DNA from: Candidatus Latescibacterota bacterium
GTDB lineage: Bacteria; Latescibacterota; UBA2968; UBA8231
Length of the DNA: 64,000 nt
Assembly: GCA_965200315.1 (NCBI GenBank)
Contig: OZ241362.1
Coordinates: forward strand, 2,976,001-3,040,000
Direction: 5' to 3'
The stretch's first letter is position 1, and each line of letters begins with the position of its first letter. The translations under genes were made by a program, and so were the position numbers. Positions 9,998-20,297 of this stretch are shown piece after piece. The notes beneath the pieces were generated by a model, which saw nothing but the letters and a program-made list of their open reading frames with translations, made no database searches and was not told the origin of the DNA.

Positions 9998-10008
9998 GCC
10001 GCAGTGGC

Positions 10009-11019
10009 CTACGAAGTTCGCGCTGCGGCCCCAATGTTGAGGCCGGACCGCTCTTTGTTGACCGCTTGGATCATGGCGATGATATACCCGAACTGAAAGG
10101 CCCAAGCTTGGCGCACCCGGCCCGAAACACCCTCAGGTGCCTTGTCGTCGGGGTGGGATGGCGCGTGGTCGGGCATTAGCATGTACTGATAGCCTACGTC
10201 CCTCAGGGTGCGCGCCACCTCGTGCATGTCCACGTCGCCTTCGTCTGGCCAGACCTCTTGGAAATTGTGCAGCCCGCCCTTGATGTTGCGGTAGTGGATG
10301 TTGAAGAGTTTCCCTCGCTCGCCGAAGTAGCGCACGATGTCGCAGAGCTCCTCGGCCGGATTCTCCAAGCCCTCAGACGCTACGCCGCAGCAAAAGTTAA
10401 AGCCGTGATACGGGCTATCGACCAGCTCGGAAAAGCGCTTGAGCCCCTCCATTACCGGCCAGTTCCAGCGCTCGACGCCGCGCAGGACTGGAGCTGGCGG
10501 GTCGTTGAGATGGCAGGCCATCTGCACCTTGTTTTCCTCGGCTACTGGAATCACGCGCTCCAGCCAGTAGGCCGCCCGTTCAAACGCTTCTTCGCGGCTG
10601 ACCTCGCCCGCTTCACTCAGCGTTTCGTTGTCGAATTTCGCTAGGTCAAATGAGCTGTACGTCACGCCCCCGCGCCCGGGCGTGGGGGCGGTGCGCTGGT
10701 GCGGCAGGATGCAGAAGTTGTAGAGCAATGCCCGCAGCCCGGCCTGGGCCGCGTTTTCGATCCAGCGGCAGACCTCGTCGAGGTCCCGGTCTCGCTGCGG
10801 GTCCTGCGCCAGCGTGATGCTTTTGGGTACGCCGATGTGGATCGACTCCATACTCACCCCGTACTCGGCCGCTTCCTCCTTGTGCCGCACCAAGGTTTCG
10901 GCCTCGTTGTCCTCAACACTGGCGTCCATGTGCGTCACTCCGTGCCGCACCAGAAACTCTAGCTCCACCTTTGAGGTCCCGATTCCCTGCACCCCGACGT
11001 GCATTTCGCTGCCACTCAT
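10009..11019 (-). CDS. uxuA: Mannonate dehydratase family protein
   Basis: LERVIPVAEENKVQMACHLNDPP, GFNFCCG, IHYRNIKG, EVWPDEGDVDM, MPDHAP motifs. Confidence 0.75.
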   Translation of the reverse strand: MSGSEMHVGVQGIGTSKVELEFLVRHGVTHMDASVEDNEAETLVRHKEEAAEYGVSMESIHIGVPKSITLAQDPQRDRDLDEVCRWIENAAQAGLRALLYNFCILPHQRTAPTPGRGGVTYSSFDLAKFDNETLSEAGEVSREEAFERAAYWLERVIPVAEENKVQMACHLNDPPAPVLRGVERWNWPVMEGLKRFSELVDSPYHGFNFCCGVASEGLENPAEELCDIVRYFGERGKLFNIHYRNIKGGLHNFQEVWPDEGDVDMHEVARTLRDVGYQYMLMPDHAPSHPDDKAPEGVSGRVRQAWAFQFGYIIAMIQAVNKERSGLNIGAAARTS

Positions 11020-11061
11020 TTCCGTTGCTCCTTTATAAGAAAATGGCAAAATGGGCCATCG

Positions 11062-11847
11062 CTAGGCCGATGCTCCCGAATAGTGCCGCACCCCCCACAG
11101 CCAAAACGCCCGCGCTCCCACCAGCATTCCCCCCGCCATCGCCAACGCGCCCCCCAACACCCCTGGCGACAGCCGACCCACCAAGGCTTCCGAAGGCACG
11201 GTCACCGCAAAGGCCACGGGCACCAGAAAGGTCATCGCCAGCTTGAGCCAGCGCGGATAGATGGCCACCGGATATTTGCCAGCGCTGTAAACGGCTTGGA
11301 AGATGACGAGGATGTTCTCCGCTTTGATAAACCAGAACGCAGTTGTTGCCAGCACCAGCCAAAAACTGTAGACGATTGCCGCGCCAGCCGCAAGCGTCAG
11401 GGCAAAGGCCGCCGCATGGGTAAGGCCGGCCCGCGTCCCGATCTCGACTAGAGCCACGGCAATCAGCACCACCCCCTGCACTACGTCCAAAAACTTCCAA
11501 ATCCGCACCTCGCCGACGCTCACCAGCACTTGTGCGTCCTCCGGCTTGGTGAGGGTAAAGTCCAGTGTGCCGAGGCGCACATCCTCCATAAAGTGCTGCA
11601 TTGACGGCTGGATCAGTGCGCCAATCAGGCCGCTCATCAGGAAGAACACCCCCAAGAGAGCCACCAGTTCGGCGGGCTGCCAGCCGCCTAGTTCTTCGGT
11701 GTGCGAAAAGATCACCGCCAAGCCCGCCAGCGCGACGCCCAGATTGAGCAAGCTCTGCACTAGCTGCACCCAGAAGTTGGCTTGGTATGCCAGCTCGTTC
11801 ATTGCGCCGATGCGCAGGAAAACCCACAGTAGCCGCAAATAGTTCAC
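11062..11847 (-). CDS. ABC-2 family permease (DUF990-type)
   Basis: GTG start overlapping upstream stop; VRLGTLDFTLTKP, KYPVAIYP, YSGASA. Confidence 0.8.
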   Translation of the reverse strand: MNYLRLLWVFLRIGAMNELAYQANFWVQLVQSLLNLGVALAGLAVIFSHTEELGGWQPAELVALLGVFFLMSGLIGALIQPSMQHFMEDVRLGTLDFTLTKPEDAQVLVSVGEVRIWKFLDVVQGVVLIAVALVEIGTRAGLTHAAAFALTLAAGAAIVYSFWLVLATTAFWFIKAENILVIFQAVYSAGKYPVAIYPRWLKLAMTFLVPVAFAVTVPSEALVGRLSPGVLGGALAMAGGMLVGARAFWLWGVRHYSGASA

Positions 11848-12647
11848 GAGCCGACCGCCGAGTATCTGCGTACGCCGCACGACCAGACCGCGGTCAGAAT
11901 CCCCCCACTCAGCCCCAGCCACACCACCTGCGCGGCCGCGCCCCAGAGCACTTCGGTGGGCGTGAGTCGGCCGAGTAGGAGCTCGGTGGGAAAGGCCAGC
12001 ATCCAGCGGAAGGGCAAAATCGCGGCCAATGCTTGGAGCCACTCGGGCAAAAGCGACAGCGGTGCCATCTGGCCCGAAAAAAAGAGAAAGGCCGCGAAGT
12101 AGAGCTGGTTGGCCGCGGCCGTGCGCGTGGTCCACAAGGCCACCAAAGCCAGTGCCCACTCGACGAAAAAGCGCACCAGAAACGCCAGCAGGATGACCGG
12201 TATTGCGGCCCAAATGGCCCAAGCTGGCGGGTCAAAGACCGGATCGAAGAGCCAGATCATTAGCCCCATCGTCGGCAGCATGACCGCTAGGGTCAGGAAC
12301 TTGTAGGAAATGTTCGTGGCGATGTCGCGGTGGATCGGATGCAGAGGCTGGAGCAGGAGCGGCGAGAAGGCCCCCGACCGCACCCGGTATTCAAACTCGT
12401 ACATAAACCAAGTAAACGTCAGGTGCCCCATCATCATCAGGACAATGTAGTAGGCGGCAAAGTCCCCGCTGGCGAAGTCCCCCACCTGCCCCCCCTTGGA
12501 GCGGGCTACGGCGGTCCACACCGAAAGGAAGACCAGCGTATCAACGACGCGCCCGATCAGCCATATCACCATTGCCGCCCGGTACTGGAACTGCACGGCT
12601 AGATCGGTGCGAAAGAGCGTGGTGTAGATGTCTGCTAGCCCCCTCAT
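11844..12647 (-). CDS. ABC-2 family permease (DUF990-type)
   Basis: FQYRA, VRSGAFSPLLLQP, FFSGQMAPL, RRYSAVGS. Confidence 0.8.
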   Translation of the reverse strand: MRGLADIYTTLFRTDLAVQFQYRAAMVIWLIGRVVDTLVFLSVWTAVARSKGGQVGDFASGDFAAYYIVLMMMGHLTFTWFMYEFEYRVRSGAFSPLLLQPLHPIHRDIATNISYKFLTLAVMLPTMGLMIWLFDPVFDPPAWAIWAAIPVILLAFLVRFFVEWALALVALWTTRTAAANQLYFAAFLFFSGQMAPLSLLPEWLQALAAILPFRWMLAFPTELLLGRLTPTEVLWGAAAQVVWLGLSGGILTAVWSCGVRRYSAVGS

Positions 12648-13624
12648 GCGCGTTCAAAGACCTCTTCGATCACGTCCTCAATCGGTGGGTCCTCCACCGT
12701 CAGATCGAGGACGGGTTGCTCGCTAAGGAGCCGCCCGGTCACCTGCGCTGTCTCGGCCTTGGGCACTCGCAGCGATACGCGCCCCTCGCTACTGGCGACG
12801 ACCTCTCCGTAGCCGCCGAGATCGCCATGCCCGTTTTCTAGCTCGACGACAATCGTCTTGTGCGGTGAGAAGCGCTGCACGAGCTGGGTGAGCTGGCCGT
12901 CAAACAGCAGCAGCCCGTGGTGGATGACCACCACTCGTTTACACAGTGCCTCGACGTCGGCCATGTAGTGACTGGTGAGGAGCACGGTGGCGCCGTAGCG
13001 CTGATTGTATTCGCTTAAAAAGGCTCGGATCCGACGCTGCATGGTCACGTCGAGGCCGATGGTCGGCTCGTCGAGGAAGAGGACTTGCGGCTTGTGCAAA
13101 AGTGCGGCGGCAATTTCGCACTTCATGCGCTCGCCCAAGGAAAGGTTGCGCACGGGCTTGTCGAGGAGTGCGTCTAAGCCGAGAAGCGCGGTCAATTCTT
13201 CGACCGTCTGCTGGTACGCGCTCCGCTCTAGGCGGTAGATGGCCCGGTTGCGTTCAAAAGAGTCGAGTACCGGAATGTCCCAGATAAGTTGGTTGCGGTT
13301 GCCCATTACTAAGGTGATCTGGCGGAGGAAGTCGCGCTGCCGTTTGAACGGCTCAAAACCGAGGACTCGACCTTGCCCGCCGGAGGGATACAGGAGGCCG
13401 GATAGCATCTTGAGACTCGTGGTTTTGCCCGCGCCATTCGGGCCTAAGAAGCCGACGATTTCGCCGGGAGCAACCGCAAAGCTGATGCTTCTGACGGCCT
13501 CGACTTGGCGCGTCTGGCGGCGTACTAGGCTCTTGAGGGCCGCGGCCAAGCCGCCTTGGCGCACGGGCACGGCATAGGTCTTGCTCAACTCGCGGACATC
13601 AATGGCGGATGCTGACCGGGACAA
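12644..13624 (-). CDS. ABC transporter ATP-binding protein
   Basis: Walker A GPNGAGKTT, signature LSLGERM, Walker B LFLDEPT. Confidence 0.9.
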   Translation of the reverse strand: MSRSASAIDVRELSKTYAVPVRQGGLAAALKSLVRRQTRQVEAVRSISFAVAPGEIVGFLGPNGAGKTTSLKMLSGLLYPSGGQGRVLGFEPFKRQRDFLRQITLVMGNRNQLIWDIPVLDSFERNRAIYRLERSAYQQTVEELTALLGLDALLDKPVRNLSLGERMKCEIAAALLHKPQVLFLDEPTIGLDVTMQRRIRAFLSEYNQRYGATVLLTSHYMADVEALCKRVVVIHHGLLLFDGQLTQLVQRFSPHKTIVVELENGHGDLGGYGEVVASSEGRVSLRVPKAETAQVTGRLLSEQPVLDLTVEDPPIEDVIEEVFERA

Positions 13625-13684
13625 AGGCTGGGTATCTCTCGCAGGTTGGAGGGGTCTGCCTTGGCGCGGGCGGAGAGGGCGGTG

Positions 13685-14293
13685 CTAAGCGAGGGGTTGG
13701 ACGCGGAGCCGAGCGCGGAGGGCGTCGAGGGGAAAGGCCGGGCCGGGGTCGACCTTGCGAGAGGGAGCAATTTCCTCGTGGCCGAGGATGTACTGGATGC
13801 CGTAGTGCTCGATAAGCGCGACGCAAATCGCCTCGACCTGCGCTAATTGTTCGTCGGTATAGCAGTGCCAATAGGAAGCCGTAGCCTGATTGCGATGTAC
13901 ACCGCGCACGACTTCGGCAGGCGGGTATGCCCGCCCGAACCACGACTCATAACGGCCCCCCCGTTCGCAAAGCTGGCCGGCGTTGTCAATCTCAATGCCG
14001 AGCGCATACTTGTTGAACCCGGAGCGCGTCCCCCACTCACTCGCGCCCGCGTGCCAGCCGATGATGTCGAAGGGCAATAACTGGGTCACTGAGCCGTCGC
14101 GGGCAACCACTAGATGGGCTGAGACTTTGTGTTTGCGCTCGCTGTCGCAGAGGGTGCGAATGGCCGATTCGGCACTGGCTGAAGCCGTGTAGTGAATGAT
14201 GATGGTGTCGGGTGCGCCCGGGGCGAATGGGCCGCCTTGGTTGGGCGATGCGATATAACGGACATCTTTGAGGTGGTGGTTGTCTATGTACAT
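13685..14293 (-). CDS. N-acetylmuramoyl-L-alanine amidase (AmpD/Amidase_2)
   Basis: IIIHYT, VSAHLVV, WHAG, GIEIDN, GHEEIAPSRKVDPGPAFP. Confidence 0.9.
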   Translation of the reverse strand: MYIDNHHLKDVRYIASPNQGGPFAPGAPDTIIIHYTASASAESAIRTLCDSERKHKVSAHLVVARDGSVTQLLPFDIIGWHAGASEWGTRSGFNKYALGIEIDNAGQLCERGGRYESWFGRAYPPAEVVRGVHRNQATASYWHCYTDEQLAQVEAICVALIEHYGIQYILGHEEIAPSRKVDPGPAFPLDALRARLRVQPLA

Positions 14294-14331
14294 CCCATAA
14301 GAATCACCGAGGGACTAATAGCCGAGTGCCG

Positions 14332-14386
14332 GTTACATCCCGCGTTTTTGAGGGCAAGATGCCCTCGGTCCCAGCGATTGGGAAGA
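14332..14386 (+). repeat. About 55-bp dispersed repeat containing a REP-like hairpin (copy 1)
   Basis: gttacatcccgcgtttttgagggcaagatgccctcggtcccagcgattgggaaga is nearly identical to 24420-24475. Confidence 0.8.
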
Positions 14387-14459
14387 ATAAACGGCGTTCT
14401 CTATTTTGGGTCAAGGAGAGATTTTTACATTCACGGTTGTGCTATATATTTATAAAGAC

Positions 14460-15629
14460 ATGATACCTTCTGCGTACTTGGCGGGTTACGAAAAAGCTCG
14501 CGCTCAAGACCCGGAAACGGCTGCCAACTATATCGCGCACACTACCTTGGGGGATCCAGAGGCAGATGCCGCTGTCGAGGCACTCGCGTCTTTGAGTCAA
14601 AGAGAGAGTGCCCAGCTCATTCAGGCGTTGATGGATCAACAGCCGGGCATTCTGCGCGACGCGCCAGAGCCGCTGCGGGAGCTTTTTGAACGGCTGGAGA
14701 CGCCCCCCGCGTGGTTTGACCCTGCGGCAGTCAACTTTGGCTGTCGCGCCTTCCAAGCCAACTCAGATCTCTTTATAGCGGCCTTCGTTGCAGCGGTCCT
14801 CGTAGAAGGCTTCACTACGCTGATCAGCAAATCGTTTTTTATTACGGGACGGCTGACTAGCCATGGGGTTCGGCGGCTGCAGCAAAACAATCGGCATCTC
14901 GTGGAAATTTTTCTGCCCGGCGGTCTCGAGCAACAGGGGGATGGTTGGAAGCTGTCCGTGCGCATCCGATTGGTTCACGCGCAGATTAGACGGCTGCTCA
15001 ATCACTCGAGCGAGTGGGACGCTGAAGCCTGGGGTGTGCCGTTGAGCGCGGCGCACATTGCTTTGGCGGTGGCTAATTTTTCGGCGAAACTGCTGAAACG
15101 GGCTAGCCGCTTTGGCCTTGTTTTGAACAATGAGGAACGCCAGAGCTTCATGATGATCTGGCGCTACACTGGCTATTTATTGGGCGTACCCGAAACCATT
15201 CTCTTTCGCGACGAAGAAGAGGCGTACAATTTTTACCGGATCGCCGACCTGTGCGAACCACCGCCCAATGTTGAGTCGATCGTTTTGGCAAATGGGCTGA
15301 TCAACTCGGCTCCTGTGGTGGCCGGCATTGCCGACCCAACAGAGCGGAGACAAGTAGTGAACCACATTTACGCCGTATCTCGGGCACTCATTGGCGATAG
15401 GCTTGCCGATCAACTTCACTTTCCCCAGCAACGGACGCGGGGCTTGCTTGCGTCTTTATACATGAAAAATCGCTTCTGGTACGCCGTGGGCGCGGTTTTT
15501 CCCCAACTTGCCCAAAACCGCAAAAAGGACAAGTTCTTGGGAGTGCTCAACATATCCGTGTACGACCAAGAGGGCATTGCATACAAAATGCCCGACAAAG
15601 TGGATGCAGAAAAATCGAGTGAATGGTAG
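14460..15629 (+). CDS. MpaB/DUF2236 (Lcp-like) heme oxygenase family protein
   Basis: GDPEADA, PPAWFD, TGRL...RRL, VRIRLVHAQIRR, WGVPLS, WRYTGYLLGVPE. Confidence 0.8.
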   Translation: MIPSAYLAGYEKARAQDPETAANYIAHTTLGDPEADAAVEALASLSQRESAQLIQALMDQQPGILRDAPEPLRELFERLETPPAWFDPAAVNFGCRAFQANSDLFIAAFVAAVLVEGFTTLISKSFFITGRLTSHGVRRLQQNNRHLVEIFLPGGLEQQGDGWKLSVRIRLVHAQIRRLLNHSSEWDAEAWGVPLSAAHIALAVANFSAKLLKRASRFGLVLNNEERQSFMMIWRYTGYLLGVPETILFRDEEEAYNFYRIADLCEPPPNVESIVLANGLINSAPVVAGIADPTERRQVVNHIYAVSRALIGDRLADQLHFPQQRTRGLLASLYMKNRFWYAVGAVFPQLAQNRKKDKFLGVLNISVYDQEGIAYKMPDKVDAEKSSEW

Positions 15630-15766
15630 TTAGTTGTAGATTGGTTTGCTGTGACAGAGTTCTCTAACCGTCGGCATGATTTAGACGCCTTGCGAGCGGC
15701 TGCTATGCTTTCGGGCATTGCTTATCACGCGGCGGGTGCTTTTATGGACGGGGGCCTTGGTTCGTT

Positions 15767-16642
15767 TTGAGCGGAGTTGCAGCGGAGGTCGCGTTCTTCT
15801 TCGGCAGAGTGGCACAGGTATATGTCATGTGGGGAGGGATCGGACCACTCCTGCTTTGGCGATACCTGCCGAGTGCCAAGAAGTCGAGGCAGGCCATGCT
15901 GGACACATACCAGAGCATTTGGGAGACGCAGGCCGCGAGCGACGCACCGGAGGATGTTTACTTTATCGAGCGAGTCAAGAGGTTTTATGCCGAACATCCC
16001 GAACTCATGACAAAGCAAGACGCCATCGCTGCAATCGATTCCTTCTTGAGTGGTGCCATAGTCGCCATGGAAATCCCCATCGCCTTTCTCATCTTCCAGA
16101 TCGCGCAGAATGTAGAGTTGAAGCAGGCCATTGCCGAAGAAGCGGACACGGCCTTTGCCGATGGCCTGCCGACGTGCGATTCGCTGGGGCGAATGGACGA
16201 GCCGCGCCGCGCCGTCATGGAAGTACTGCGCCTGCATCCGCCGGTCCCGGTGGCGATCCGCTATGCTGCATCCAGCTTTGAGTTCCAAGGTTTCGGCATT
16301 CGAGCCGGTGAAAATTGCCTCGTTGCCAATGCGGTTACACACTTCCTGCCGGAGCTTTTTCCGCATCCGCATCGGTTCGAGATAGATCGCTACACTCCAG
16401 AACGCGACGAACACAAGCAGCCGTATGCCTACTCTCCCTATGGAATGGGGGTTCACAACTGCGTGGGTGAGCCTATGGCCTATGTGTTGTTTCTGCTTAT
16501 AACTGCGGTCCTGTTTCACCACTTTGACATTGAGTTGCGGCCTGCGGATCAGACGTTGAATATCACCATCTTGTCTCGGCCCAGCCCTAATAACTGCTTT
16601 CGCGTTGCCATTGCTGGGGAACGCCATTCGTTGCGCCCATGA
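15767..16642 (+). CDS. Cytochrome P450, apparently N-terminally truncated (possible pseudogene)
   Basis: ExxR EVLRLHPP, PHRFEIDRY, heme motif PYGMGVHNCVGE; only about 290 aa and no clear RBS/start. Confidence 0.7.
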   Translation: MSGVAAEVAFFFGRVAQVYVMWGGIGPLLLWRYLPSAKKSRQAMLDTYQSIWETQAASDAPEDVYFIERVKRFYAEHPELMTKQDAIAAIDSFLSGAIVAMEIPIAFLIFQIAQNVELKQAIAEEADTAFADGLPTCDSLGRMDEPRRAVMEVLRLHPPVPVAIRYAASSFEFQGFGIRAGENCLVANAVTHFLPELFPHPHRFEIDRYTPERDEHKQPYAYSPYGMGVHNCVGEPMAYVLFLLITAVLFHHFDIELRPADQTLNITILSRPSPNNCFRVAIAGERHSLRP

Positions 16643-17682
16643 TCGCGCAAACGGACGATCACGCCGCTGATCTCGCATGGCAGCGCACAATCCTGCAAGA
16701 TGTCTCGCGCACGTTCGCGCTCACCATTCCGCAACTTCCGTCGGGCCTGCGCGATGTAGTAGGCAACGCGTATTTGCTTTGCCGCATCGCAGACACCATT
16801 GAAGACGAACCGGCCCTGTCGGCTGGCGGGAAGCGCGAGTTTTCCGAGCGATTCATCCGGGTCGTCGCCGGAGAGGAGCCGCCCGCTCCATTCGCCGAGC
16901 AGCTCGCGCCGCGCCTGTCCGATAGCATGCTGCTCGCCGAGCGTCAGCTTGTGGCCAACACCCCCCGGGTGCTTAGGCTTACCCAAAAATTTTCCGACCA
17001 GCAGCGCGCCGCACTGGTGCGCTGTGTGCGTATCATGTCGCATGGCATGGCCGAGTTTCAGCAAAGCCCGGGCCTCAAGGGCCTAGACGACCTCCCCCAT
17101 CTCGACCGCTACTGCTACCACGTGGCCGGTGTAGTCGGCGAGATGCTCACCGAGCTGTTCTGCGACTATTCGGCGGAAATAGACCGGCAGCGCGAGAAGC
17201 TGATGCAGCTCGCGGTGTCGTTTGGCCAGGGTTTGCAGATGACCAACATCCTCAAGGACATTTGGGACGACCGGGCGCGCGGTGCGTGCTGGCTGCCGCG
17301 AGACGTGTTTGAGCAGGCCGGGTTCGACCTGCGCTCGCTCGAGGCCGACCGGACGAATCCCGCGTTCCGCCCGGCACTGAGCAAACTGATCGGCTTGGCC
17401 CGGATGCACCTCGGCCATGCGCTGGCGTTCACATTGCTCATCCCCGGGCGCGAAACCGGCATTCGCCGATTCTGTCTTTGGGCCTTGGGCATGGCCGTGC
17501 TGACGTTGCGCCGCATCCACACCCACGCGGATTTTACCAGCGGGCAGCAGGTCAAAATTTCGCGGCGCAGTGTGTGGGCAACCGTGATCGTGACCAGCCT
17601 TGCGGCGCACAGCGACGTTATGCTCAAAGCACTGTTTGCGCGGTTTACGCGCAGTCTGCCCTCACATGTAGAGGCGGCCTGA
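16639..17682 (+). CDS. Squalene/phytoene synthase family (single-enzyme squalene synthase-like)
   Basis: VSRTFAL, YLLCRIADTIED, YCYHVAGVVG, GLQMTNILKDIWDD; ATGA-coupled to the P450. Confidence 0.85.
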   Translation: MIAQTDDHAADLAWQRTILQDVSRTFALTIPQLPSGLRDVVGNAYLLCRIADTIEDEPALSAGGKREFSERFIRVVAGEEPPAPFAEQLAPRLSDSMLLAERQLVANTPRVLRLTQKFSDQQRAALVRCVRIMSHGMAEFQQSPGLKGLDDLPHLDRYCYHVAGVVGEMLTELFCDYSAEIDRQREKLMQLAVSFGQGLQMTNILKDIWDDRARGACWLPRDVFEQAGFDLRSLEADRTNPAFRPALSKLIGLARMHLGHALAFTLLIPGRETGIRRFCLWALGMAVLTLRRIHTHADFTSGQQVKISRRSVWATVIVTSLAAHSDVMLKALFARFTRSLPSHVEAA

Positions 17683-17784
17683 CGTTGCGGCCCCAGTGCT
17701 GGGGTCGGACTGCTGGGCACTTAGCAGACGGCGGTGCTGTTTTTTATCTTTTAGCCGCCATCAAATTCTCGGAGAAATTTCACC

Positions 17785-19005
17785 ATGCAGTTTGATCTCA
17801 TACTCAAGGGCGGTCATCTGATCGACCCCCAAAACAGCATTGACGCGCCCAAGGACATCGGCATCACGGGAAAGGTGATCGCGGCCGTAGATGCGGACTT
17901 ACCGACCGAAAGTGCCGGGCAGGTCATTGACGTGAGCGGACTCTACGTGACGCCGGGGCTGGTCGATATCCACATCCACGCCTATGCCACGGCCGGCCAC
18001 CGCGACACTTGGGCCGGCGACAATAGCATCTTGCCCGACGGCTTTAGTTTCCGCACCGGAGTGACGACGCTGGTGGACACCGGCAGCGCAGGCTGGCGCA
18101 ACTTTGCGGATTTTCGCTATCGGGTAATCGACCGCTGCCAGACGCGGCTTTTCGCGCTGGTCAATATCGCCGGCACCGGGATGACGTCAATTGACCACGA
18201 GCAGAATCCGTACGACATGGATCCCGACAAGACAGCGGGCGTGGCGCGAGAAAACGAAGACGTAGTCGTCGGTATCAAGACGGCTCACTACATAGGCCCC
18301 GAATGGATTTCGGTCGACCGCACGCTCGCGGCCGCGGAGAAAGCCGCGACGCGGGTGATGATCGACTTTGGCTACTTCAGAAAAGAGCGGCCCTACTACC
18401 AGCTCTTGGGCGAAAAACTGCGCCCGGGCGACATAAGCACCCACATCTTCCGCGGGCCGACGCCGTGGTTTGACGCCGAGGGCAAGGTGCTGCCCTACCT
18501 GTACGAGGCGCGGGCAAGAGGCATCGTCTTGGATGTGGGGCACGGTGGTGGCAGTTTTTGTTTCCGCAACGCGGTCCCAGCCATCGCCCAAGGCTTCTAC
18601 CCAGACTCGATTTCGACCGACCTGCACGCCCTCTGCATGAATATGGGTATGCTCGATATGGCGACGACCATGTCGAAGTTTCTGGTGATGGGCATGCCGC
18701 TCGGCGAGGTCATCCGCACCTCAACCATCAACCCGGCGCGGGAGATTGGCCACCCCGAGTTAGGCCATCTGTCGGTGGGTGCCGTGGCCGATGTGGCGGC
18801 CTTGAAGCTGATGGAAGGAGAATTTGGCTACGCCGATTCTTTCGACGGCCGGTTGGCCGGCCATCAGCGGCTGTTTTGCGAGCTGACCGTCAAGGATGGC
18901 GAAGTGGTCTGGGATTGGAATGGCCGGGCGGGAATTGACTACCCCGAACTCGGCGACAGCTATGGGATCCGCGAGGGCGAGTACTTGATACTGCCGCCGG
19001 AGTAA
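17785..19005 (+). CDS. Amidohydrolase/deacetylase family metallohydrolase (dihydroorotase-like)
   Basis: PGLVDIHIH, GVTTLVDTGSAG, LDVGHGGGSF, ISTDLH. Confidence 0.85.
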   Translation: MQFDLILKGGHLIDPQNSIDAPKDIGITGKVIAAVDADLPTESAGQVIDVSGLYVTPGLVDIHIHAYATAGHRDTWAGDNSILPDGFSFRTGVTTLVDTGSAGWRNFADFRYRVIDRCQTRLFALVNIAGTGMTSIDHEQNPYDMDPDKTAGVARENEDVVVGIKTAHYIGPEWISVDRTLAAAEKAATRVMIDFGYFRKERPYYQLLGEKLRPGDISTHIFRGPTPWFDAEGKVLPYLYEARARGIVLDVGHGGGSFCFRNAVPAIAQGFYPDSISTDLHALCMNMGMLDMATTMSKFLVMGMPLGEVIRTSTINPAREIGHPELGHLSVGAVADVAALKLMEGEFGYADSFDGRLAGHQRLFCELTVKDGEVVWDWNGRAGIDYPELGDSYGIREGEYLILPPE

Positions 19006-19011
19006 GCATTC

Positions 19012-19824
19012 GTGAGCACCGCTGCCGAACGCGATTATTTGTTGAGGACCGACGACGAGGAACTGCGCCGCCTGCAAGCACAGCACGACACGTGGCACCC
19101 CGAGACCGCAGACTTGTGGGAGCGTGCCGATTTCAGGATCGGGCAGGCGATTCTCGATCTAGGTTGTGGACCGGGCTTTACCAGTCTAGAACTAGCCGAG
19201 CGCGTGGGGACCGAGGGGCGCGTTTTGGCGGTTGATGGATCGCCGAAGTTCGCGGATTTTCTCCGACACCGCGTTGCGTCAGCCGGCTTGCAGCAAGTCG
19301 AGGTCGCCGTAGCGGATGTCCGCTATCTCGACCTGCCAACCGCTTCTATGGACGCTGCGTTTGCCCGCTGGTTGTTCTGTTTCATAGAGGAGCCGCAAGG
19401 GGTGATAGAGCGGGTAGCGAGAGTGTTGCGAACGGGCGGCCGCTTAGTGGTTGTGGATTACTGCGCTTATGGGGCGTTTGTCGCCCGGATTGAGTATCCT
19501 CACTTGCGGCGAGTGTTGCAGGGAGTCCATGAGAGTTTTGGCGAGCGGTTGGATATAGGCGGGAAGCTGCCGGAGCTAATGGCGCGTGGCGGTTTGGAGG
19601 CCGTGGAGGTCGTCCCCATCGGCGGTATTGCCCGCCCCGGCAACCGCCTCTGGTGCTGGATAGAGCAGTTCCTGCGCGTGTATCTGCCCGAGCTTGTGGC
19701 GCGTGGCGTTTTGCGCGAGGAAGAGTGTGCAGCGCACTGGAAAGAGTGGCAGGCAAACGCCCGCGACCCGTACGCTAGCATTTCATCGCCGCCCATGGTT
19801 GGCGTGATAGGTGTCAAGGTCTGA
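19012..19824 (+). CDS. SAM-dependent methyltransferase
   Basis: ILDLGCGPG; N-terminal ELRRLQAQH. Confidence 0.8.
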   Translation: MSTAAERDYLLRTDDEELRRLQAQHDTWHPETADLWERADFRIGQAILDLGCGPGFTSLELAERVGTEGRVLAVDGSPKFADFLRHRVASAGLQQVEVAVADVRYLDLPTASMDAAFARWLFCFIEEPQGVIERVARVLRTGGRLVVVDYCAYGAFVARIEYPHLRRVLQGVHESFGERLDIGGKLPELMARGGLEAVEVVPIGGIARPGNRLWCWIEQFLRVYLPELVARGVLREEECAAHWKEWQANARDPYASISSPPMVGVIGVKV

Positions 19825-19856
19825 GGGCCGCTGGCCGTATGTAAGGAAAACATCCG

Positions 19857-20297
19857 GTGAAAATTATCGTTACGTTTTTGTTGATCGCGGTATTTGGATG
19901 TGCAAAAGAGCATACCGGCGACCCCATCGTTGTGCGCGACGCTTGGATCCGCGAGCCACCCCCGCGCAGCCCGGCCGCTGGTTATTTGATTATTGAAAAC
20001 CGGGGCGGCGAATCCGTCGCATTGGTCGCCGTGGCAACCGAAGCCGCCGAGCATACCGAGATACACATAATGGAATACAAAGACGACCGGATGACGATGC
20101 GCCAAGTCGCAGAGCTACAGATTCCAGCGGGCGAAGAGGTTGCCCTGAAGCCGGGCGGTGCCCACCTGATGCTGATGGAACTGCGCCAACCACTGCGGGA
20201 TGGCGATGGGGTGGAGTTGGTGCTGCGCTTTGGCGACGGAACGGAACGGCGTGTGCTGGTGCCGGTGCAAAAGAAAGGTCTTTATGAGAACGAGTGA
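19857..20297 (+). CDS. Copper chaperone PCu(A)C, lipoprotein
   Basis: DAWIR, H-x10-M (EIHIM...MTMRQ), LKPGGAHLMLM. Confidence 0.9.
   Translation: MKIIVTFLLIAVFGCAKEHTGDPIVVRDAWIREPPPRSPAAGYLIIENRGGESVALVAVATEAAEHTEIHIMEYKDDRMTMRQVAELQIPAGEEVALKPGGAHLMLMELRQPLRDGDGVELVLRFGDGTERRVLVPVQKKGLYENE

Noticed and set aside
13685-14293. Amidase as a prophage endolysin
   Set aside because: No holin, structural or integrase genes nearby
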